A stretch of 62,423 nt of DNA, the filler included, from Asterionella formosa (taxonomy: Eukaryota): assembly GCA_002256025.1 (NCBI GenBank). It is 5 parts of 5 records of this genome, joined end to end, with 100 filler letters (N's around TTAATTAATTAA, not from the genome) between each part and the next. Parts side by side here need not be neighbours in the genome. Positions count along the whole stretch, not along the records: positions 28,460 to 56,823 come from NKIB01001239.1; positions 56,924 to 58,690 come from NKIB01001241.1; positions 58,791 to 60,557 come from NKIB01001242.1; positions 60,658 to 62,423 come from NKIB01001243.1; 1 more part is not named here. The stretch is one strand, 5' to 3'. Numbering within the stretch: position 1 is the stretch's first letter; every line of letters starts with the position of its first letter. The notes under the pieces were generated by a model that saw only the letters and a list, made by a program, of their open reading frames with translations, ran no database searches and had not been told where the DNA came from. This document shows positions 55,301 to 62,423 of this stretch, one piece after another. A program made the position numbers and the translations under genes.

Positions 55301-56803
55301 GTGTGGAAAGTTGTCAAACGTGATACTGTTAAGAAGCAAGCACTAAAAACGAGATGGGTGTTTCGAATTAAAGAAGATGTGTTAACCGGGAAGACCATTT
55401 ACAAGGCAAGATTGGTCGTGAAGGGATATGAGCAAATCCCAGGTGTCGATTTTACTGAGACATTTGCTCCAGTTGCAAGCGATGCGACAATCAAAACAGT
55501 ACTCGCAGTGACGATGTACAACGGTTGGCAAGCGGAGGCTATTGATGTGGAAGCAGCATTTCTGAATGCTGACGTCGATGAGGACATTTATATTGAGCCC
55601 CCTCAAGGTTTGATTGGAGTCGATTCCGATACACATGTTTGCAAGCTTGTGAAGGCTATGTATGGGATAGTACAAGCTCCACGATGCTGGTCCAGGACGT
55701 TTGCGAAATGTGTCACCAATAAACCAGGTATGACGAAGAGCAAGATCGACCCTATGTTATTTATGCACCGGAACAAGGATGGACAAATTGATGGTCTACT
55801 TGTTAATTACGTGGATGACGGTATTGTATGTGGGACTCCAAGTGCAGTGGAGTATATGAAAAATGTTATCAAGGAAGATTTCAATATTACCGAGCAGGGT
55901 ATTCTACAGAAACACCTAGGAGTGGAATATGCTTGGAAAGAGGACAAGTATGGTGAATACTGGGAGGTGCAGATGCAGAAATTTCGTATGCAACTTCTAC
56001 ACGAATAGGAGAAGTTGACCGGTCTGAAAATTAAGTCGTACGCAACGCCGGGCGTACCAGGAAAGACATTGAACAAGAATGACGGTGAAGTCATTATGGA
56101 AGGAGAATATCGAAAAATTGTGGGCAAGTTACTATGGTCTACAAAGAAGGATTCGCCGGACTGTGCAAATGCGGTTCGGGAACTATCGGCTCATTTAAGC
56201 TGCCCAGGTGAAGAACAATGGCATGCAGTGGCAAGAGTTATTGCTTACCTATCCAATATGGAGGATAGAGTTCTCAAGTTGCGTAAGCCAAAAGAGATAA
56301 GAGTCATTGCCTACGTGGACAGTGACTGGGCTGCTAATAAGGTTAACAGGAAGAGCACGACTGGCTATCTTGTTACTATTGGCGGGGCACTTATCAGTTG
56401 GCAGTCGAAGGGACAACAATCGGTTACGCTGTCCAGCACTGAAGCCGAGTATGTGGCGATGTCCCAGTGTGGACAAGAGATCAAGTTCATAGCAATGCTA
56501 CTGAATGAGGTTACTGGTGGTAAGGTCATGTTACCAAGTATCCTACGAGAAGACAATACAGGAGCTATTTTTATCGCGAAGAATCAGCAAATCGGAACCA
56601 GGACAAAACATATTGATATTAAGTATCATCATGTAAAGGACATGATTGAGGATGAAGAATTGGAAGTCATTTTTTATAAGGTCGGAAGATAATTTTGCGG
56701 ACATTATGACCAAGAACGTGAAGGAACAGATTCATACGAGATTGTCCGAACCAGTTCAGAGTGGAACGATGTTACAGCCTCTTGAGCGTGGCAATGGGGA
56801 GGA
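52301..56803 (+). pseudogene. Disrupted copia gag-pol polyprotein
   Basis: gag (LPTFDG..W.VWKAKF), two CCHC knuckles (CRKCGKYGHKAVDC, CYNCQKMGHYASEC), protease WLLDSGAT, integrase (H..LEH..CAGC; IDISG, RCDDAGE, VVERGF), RT (YKARLVVKGYEQIPGVDF, YVDD), RNase H (YVDSDWA, STEAEY, EDN, ADIMTK). Frameshifts near 52450, 53640, 54270 and 56680; in-frame TAG at 56006-56008. Confidence 0.92.
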
Positions 56804-56823
56804 TGTCAAGAATATTAGCCTGA

Positions 56824-56923
56824 NNNNNNNNNNNNNNNNNNNNNNNNNNNNNNNNNNNNNNNNNNNNTTAATTAATTAANNNNNNNNNNNNNNNNNNNNN
56901 NNNNNNNNNNNNNNNNNNNNNNN
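56824..56923. other. Assembly gap with artificial linker
   Basis: N-run with a central ttaattaattaa. Confidence 0.97.
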
Positions 56924-57597
56924 CGAAGGAAGCTCATATTTATAGAGCATGTCGATACGCAGCATCAAGTGGCTGACATGTTCACCAAGCCGCTCCCGTT
57001 GGCGGCTTTCCTGCGTCATCGCAAAGCTTTGCAAGGCTGGTAGTACAGGTGTTCTTGATTTGGGCGCAAGTTGCCTGCTCGAATAAGGGAGTGTGAGAAT
57101 TATGCATTTCTCATGTGCCCTTGCTCCCTGGTGCCAGGGGGCAGTGCCATTGGGTATTCCAATGTTTGACGTACGTGTGATGGTGAGGCTGTGGTATTAA
57201 AATGTCTGATGGGTTTCCGGGTTCCCCCCCCTTCATTTTTGCATTGACGATTCGATTTGTAACTTGCTGCCGGATTGGGTCCAAGCGGATGTGGTTGGGT
57301 CTCTTTTGGCAGTTGGTTGATGGCGAGTCATGCTGCGTTGTAGCGATTCTTCTATTGGAATAATAAGGGTTTTTGAGCGATGTGTTCAGTCCACATTCAG
57401 GTATATCTGAATGATGAGGGTCTTCTCGTCTTGCTGCTGTTTGGTGCATGTTAGACAGGCTAGCGCGTTTTTGCAGACGATGCCCAATGATTATGTGACA
57501 TATAATTGAAACTAGACTAATCTGTTATTGATTTGCGTCTTACTTTGGTTATTGTCAAACTGCATTTATTCGTTTGAATATTTGCTGGTTTCCCTCA
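56924..57597 (+). mobile_element. 3' end of a second, different copia element (RNase H C-terminus, PPT, 3' LTR)
   Basis: Translates as IEHVDTQHQVADMFTKPLPLAAFLRHRKALQGW* (stop 57041-57043). PPT gaataagggag 57081-57091 is followed by TGTGAGAA at 57092 (LTR start). The LTR end ...TTTCCCTCA at 57597 is inferred. Confidence 0.78.
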
Positions 57598-58690
57598 GGT
57601 ACTGTCAAAAGGTGGGAGTTGAGCCGCCTGGGCAGTCTTTGCTTTGACTAATAGCTCTTTCCTGGTGTCAGATAGTCCATTGAGGTGCCAGCAATCTGGC
57701 GTCTTATGGTTTGTCCCAAAACAAATACAACAACAAAGGGGATCATGTTTGACACCACACCAAGAGTACTGGCATGCACCATGTGGATTTGCTGAGCGAG
57801 CTCGTTGAATAGCAGAGACAATGAGGGAATGAATAGGATGTTGCGTAGGATCAAGAGATAAGCTGCCAGCAAGAGCACATTCCAAAGTGTGTTCAACATC
57901 AATTGCAGGGATTAATACCTGCGTGTGAGGTGAGGAATGATTACCCAAGTGAATTGCATTGGTCGATCTGTGCGTTCGTGGGGTTGGCAGGTACTGCAGC
58001 AATGATTTAAGTTTCGAATATAGACCTTCAACTTGGAGACGTAGAGGAACTGCGCGCGCTTTCCGATGAGTAGAATAAAGACGTAGATCATCAGATTTGA
58101 GAGAACGCAATGCAAATAATTCTTCTTGAAGGTAGTGAGCATTGGAGCCTAAGCCTTGAAGGTAATGCAATGGGATATCAACTGGCCGAAAGGTAGAATG
58201 CTCAGGATAAAGGTATAAGAGTTCAAGCCATCGCGTATAGTTGGTGTTGTACTTGGTCAGAGCATCAAGGACCGTTTGATTGCCTGAAATGGTATATTGG
58301 GGAGCTGAAGCAGTATGTTGTGCAAAGCCAGGCGCAAAGTTATCACGAAGACCAGGGTGAAAAAGAAGCATTAAGTCTTGTAGTACACCAAACCCATCAC
58401 CTTTGGGACTGTGTTTGTCAAGAATATCTTTAGCTTTATCACCGTGATTGAGGGGTAATACATCTGGAGAGGATAGTACCGCGTACAGTGTATTACTGAA
58501 CCGTTGATGTTCACTATCAAAGTGTTCAGCAGTAGCAGCGATGGAGAATTTAGGCCCAAACAGGATGTGCAAGGAGGAGAGCAAGTCCCCATCGATAGGA
58601 GTCTCACGAAGATCGGCATCATACAGTAAGTCCACAGCTTGCGGAAGTAAATCCATGTGAAAACCAGTGGAGTTGAGGGCAGAACGAAGA
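57595..58690 (-). mobile_element. Gag-like ORF fragment of a third retroelement (opposite orientation)
   Basis: The frame is open from the gap edge (LRSALNSTGFHMDLLP...). It contains a CX2CX4HX4C knuckle (CCICFGTNHKTPDC) near its end and terminates exactly at the inferred LTR end of the neighbouring element. Confidence 0.6.
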
Positions 58691-58790
58691 NNNNNNNNNN
58701 NNNNNNNNNNNNNNNNNNNNNNNNNNNNNNNNNNTTAATTAATTAANNNNNNNNNNNNNNNNNNNNNNNNNNNNNNNNNNNNNNNNNNNN
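58691..58790. other. Assembly gap with artificial linker
   Basis: N-run with a central ttaattaattaa. Confidence 0.97.
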
Positions 58791-59531
58791 GGGGGGAGGG
58801 GGAGGGGGGCATCATTGTCTGCAAATAAAAACTATCATATTTCCATGATGCATCATAGGATTGTGATCATCTGATCATAATTATAATTTTTTGTTCTATC
58901 ATCTAATAATTTTGATAAATGCCCTTGTAATTTAGATAGTAACTCAATTGACTATGTATATTTGATTATTATATGTATTGTTTCTATTAGATTCCTGTAT
59001 TCAAATTTCTTGGTAGGATGATGTACCAGCTAAAGTAACTTAATTTGGCTCGTCATTTCCATCCATCATCACTCCGATTTTTGCAACAACAACGAAATAC
59101 TAGCGATGACAAGTGGAATGATTGTTTGCAATAACGACGTCTTCAATTGTTCGTCAAGTGATCATTATATCTTTGAGTAATCGTCATGTGCAGTGAACCT
59201 GTGTTCATAATCATTCAATTAAGAGTTTACAGTGAAGAAATCATCAAACTTGTAATGGTTCCACACACAGCACACATTGTAAATCCGTTTGTCCAATTCG
59301 TCGACCACCAGCATTACAATCTCGCAAATCAACCTGTAAACAAACACATTCTACTTGTTCTCGATGACATTTTTAATTCTCACATGATACTACATCTACT
59401 ATTGAGATTCAGCATAGAAGGAGATACGAAAATGTGCGTAACAGACTACTGTCCACATAGCTATAATTATAGAATGGTTCTGATTACAATTTCTTTTTTA
59501 TATCGCTCATTTCTGCATTTTGCATGCTGTA

Positions 59532-59975
59532 CTTGTATTTACTATTGAAATTGTCCGCATCTTTGATACCATCAAGAGAGCGAAATCAAGTGCCTCTCTT
59601 CATTGTTGTTTGCTTGTAGGAAATATTTGATATCCGCATTGTCATTTGCTTGTTGGAACTGTCCGTTACCTCATGCCTCCTTGGCGTGTGCGTACACACA
59701 CTGTCGACTTCTTGTTTTCATTGGTATGTGGTTCTTGTATTCACTGTTGAACTTGTCCGCATCTTTGTTACCATCAATAGAGCGATAAGTGGGTGCGTCT
59801 CTTCATTGTTGTTTGCTCCTGGAAAAGTCGGTGTCCGTGTCATCCTCATCAATAGAGAGACAAGTTCTTTCTCTGGAAAAATTTGTACTCGTGGTATCAT
59901 CATTCGCTCGTTGGAACCACTGTCCGTTGCCTCAAACCTGATTAGCGTGTGTGTATGTACACTGTCGACTTGTGT
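59532..59975. repeat. Degenerate tandem duplication (~200-260 bp unit)
   Basis: cttgtatt.act.ttgaa.ttgtccgcatctttg.taccatcaa.agagcga...tctcttcattgttgtttgct at 59532 and 59734; ttggaac..tgtccgtt.cctca...acactgtcgactt at ~59653 and ~59912. Confidence 0.75.
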
Positions 59976-60557
59976 ACATTACAGGAGTGACTTAGCTACT
60001 AAAGTGCGTGTTATAATTTCATACTCTGTAGAACAATGCAGAATACAGTTCCCAATCATCTCATCATGATTGATAAGATGATAATGTGATATCACGATAG
60101 GGTTATATCGATGCATACATCACCAAAGTATGATCCGTAATTTTTAATAAATTATATCACGTAGCTATGATACATTGATCATAGAACTGTAATGATTCCT
60201 TAAAATGTTTACGATATAATTTTGATCAATATATGATCATGTTAAAATAATACAATGACAATAAAATATGATATAATTTGTATGCAATTGTTATCGATAC
60301 ATCAGAGAAAATAAATAAATAAATCATAATTATGTTACTTAATATATAAATTCGACTTTCAATGTAAACAGTAAAAACCAACAGTTAATATGATAGTATT
60401 ATATGGTGGATAGGATCTAAGTATATGGATGCGTTGATATGTACATCACTATAATATGATTTGTGATATGGATTGATGCATATCACATACCGGTATCCTC
60501 AACAACCAGCCATCACATTCATTGTTGTGTCGTTTTTCCTTGTTATAGCTGTATTTT

Positions 60558-60657
60558 NNNNNNNNNNNNNNNNNNNNNNNNNNNNNNNNNNNNNNNNNNN
60601 NTTAATTAATTAANNNNNNNNNNNNNNNNNNNNNNNNNNNNNNNNNNNNNNNNNNNN
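60558..60657. other. Assembly gap with artificial linker
   Basis: N-run with a central ttaattaattaa. Confidence 0.97.
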
Positions 60658-60928
60658 AATTGAATGATACGTGTTGTTGTGCTTCAGTCATTTTTGTCCA
60701 GCTCCTTGAGTTTCTTGATGTTTCTGTTCATTCTTTCATGTGTTTGTAGCATATTTCAAACGCTGTAGTTATGATGTAGCTCAAAGCGCCAGTGCAGACC
60801 GAATTCCGATGCCAGTACATCGACAAATGCGCTCTTCAATTGAATGATGCATGTTGTTGTACTTCAGTCATTTTCGTTAAGCTCCTTGAGTTTCTTCTTG
60901 TTTCCGTTCATTCTTTCATGTGTTTGTA
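60658..60928. repeat. 180-bp-period tandem repeat abutting a gap
   Basis: aattgaatgat.c.tgttgttgt.cttcagtcatttt...gctccttgagtttctt..tgtttc.gttcattctttcatgtgtttgta starts at 60658 and again at 60838. Confidence 0.8.
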
Positions 60929-61686
60929 ACTAATGTCATACAGTGTAGTGATTTGGTAGCAAGAGTGGTCTGATTTGATTGCCGCTGTAAATATACATCG
61001 CCTCCATGGTGAGAGGGGGCGCTTATTAGTGCTAGTAGGATTGCTGTGATAGTGCCAGGATAGTTTCTTTTGTTTATATTTGGATGCTTTGACAACTAAA
61101 GGAAAAATGATTAATTAAAGCAAAAGATCTCAAACAAGGTATATATTAGCTTATAACAATGCCGCAAAAAGAATTTATTGTGAAATAGGTCAGTGACATT
61201 GTACTGAAGAAATACTGTGGGACGTTTTTAGTGAAATACAGCATATTGATACACCATATTCACTTGGCATACAGTTGAGTATTTCGATATTGAAAGGACA
61301 GTATACCAGTATACTGATTCTGCTGACAAAGCAGTATTCTCATTCTCACTCACTCATTCTTTCAGCCTATGAAAACTAAAGATGACGCAGGCAATCATGG
61401 CAGTTATAATAAAGCAATATACAAAATTGATGATGTGATTTTGCGCTTAATGCATACTACATAGCTTTGTTTTTTCATTTTGTTTTTGCTAGCCTTATAC
61501 TAACTATGAACAGGGATTTCGCTCTACAATGCTTTTAAAAGACATGCCGGATTTTTTTTGAGATTCGTACATGATAGTAGCAGTATACTGGCAAGCTAGA
61601 CGAGTAAACTGGCAAAATTTTAGAATAATAGCTACTGGTATGGCATTTGGAAACAAATATAGAATACCAGTATACAGCAGGTACTG

Positions 61687-61774
61687 CAAGTTGCGGTAAT
61701 TGTGCTGAAACTAAATATTTAGCTATCTTTTTCCCATATTAAATTGCTTATTTAAGCAAAATGACCGCAACTTG
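61687..61774. mobile_element. ~88-bp MITE-like inverted-repeat element, copy 2
   Basis: gcaagttgcggtaattgtgctgaa ... ttaagcaaaatgaccgcaacttgc is a 24-bp inverted repeat with 3 mismatches, homologous to 14760-14848. Confidence 0.68.
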
Positions 61775-62423
61775 CTGGTATACTGATACTGCGTCTGGAG
61801 CAGTCTCAGTATCCAATACTCCAGTACACAGCAGTACTGCTTTCCAGTTTACTTTCTTCGACCTCTGGTCCTCATTATACTAGTATGTAAGCAAGTAGTC
61901 AACAGTCGATATACCCCCCGGTATATATATATAGAACATAAGCACTGGTATAGCAGTTTTTTGCTGTTCCAAGGCGCCAGCAGAAGAAAACCTATCCGGC
62001 CGCTTTGCCCGCCTGTCCTATCGATGTGGGGTGCTTGGGGGGCATCATGGGAGAACTCGAACTCCTCCCACCAGTTCACGTATTCAGGGATGTTTTTGAG
62101 GCATCCCGTCATCCATTAATGACCTGGTGTCCAGTGGGGCACCCCGCCCCTTCACCTGGGCGAGGTAGTGTGAAACTTTCACTCATTAAAAAACTGTGTG
62201 CAGCCCCAGTCTTGACCAGTACTCGGTCTGCCCTACCCGTCAGGGCGTTGGCCTGTGGAGCACTGGTATAGCATAATCTTCATTAGTTGACAGTCAATAT
62301 TATTGTGTATAGTATGCATATATACATAAAACTTATCTACTGTACATAAATGCCAGCAGTTTATAATAGTTATATCGGGTCACCTCCGTAGCCAGCGGCA
62401 CAATTTTGACTTTCGGAAAAATG

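Larger units (their letters stand above)
51849..56823 (+). mobile_element. Ty1/copia LTR retrotransposon, degenerate, 3' LTR truncated by a gap
   Basis: The 5' LTR starts TGTCAAGAATATTAGCC at 51849, and the same string restarts at 56804 right after a polypurine tract (GGGGAGGA). Internal domain order is gag-PR-IN-RT-RH. Confidence 0.95.

Noticed and set aside
56006..56008. Programmed stop-codon readthrough or frameshifting in the copia pol
   Set aside because: The TAG lies inside RT and comes with about four scattered frameshifts at non-canonical positions. Decay or assembly error is the simpler explanation.
58791..58809. G-run (possible G-quadruplex or telomere-like sequence)
   Set aside because: Short, at a contig edge and not a regular telomeric repeat. 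It most likely just caused the assembly break.
59532..60928. CRISPR-like repeat arrays
   Set aside because: Units are long, degenerate and only duplicated, with no unique spacers or cas genes, and the context is eukaryotic.

Overview
Eukaryotic, very probably diatom (stramenopile) nuclear DNA from a draft scaffold. Evidence: short GT-AG introns, bipartite signal+F/Y plastid-targeting N-termini and diatom-type Ty1/copia elements. Positions 1-51.3 kb are gene-dense housekeeping sequence with 18 genes: an ARM-repeat protein, RMI1, a MYND finger protein, a plastid PPR protein, RPF2, an NAD(P)-binding protein, an unknown membrane protein, a PLAC8 protein, DIS3L2, ORC1, UDP-glucuronate 4-epimerase, NDP-glucose 4,6-dehydratase, AFG1L, WDR3/UTP12, ABHD17, a tandem DUF179 protein, a 2OG-Fe(II) oxygenase-like protein and CLU1. 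From 51.8 kb the window becomes a nest of decayed LTR retrotransposons and repeats. Four 100-nt assembly gaps carry an artificial TTAATTAATTAA linker. Most notable observations: (1) two dispersed copies of a ~62-nt tRNA-like cloverleaf with Pol III A/B boxes, a 4-nt loop instead of an anticodon loop, no variable loop and a compensatory stem change; (2) an ORC1 with four tandem BAH-like repeats; (3) a copia element with a perfect 12-bp palindrome where the tRNA primer-binding site should be; (4) an ~88-bp MITE-like hairpin family; (5) a pervasive GGTACC/TACCGGTA intergenic motif; (6) a head-to-head pair of nucleotide-sugar enzymes. All family assignments come from motif recognition by eye; no database search was run.
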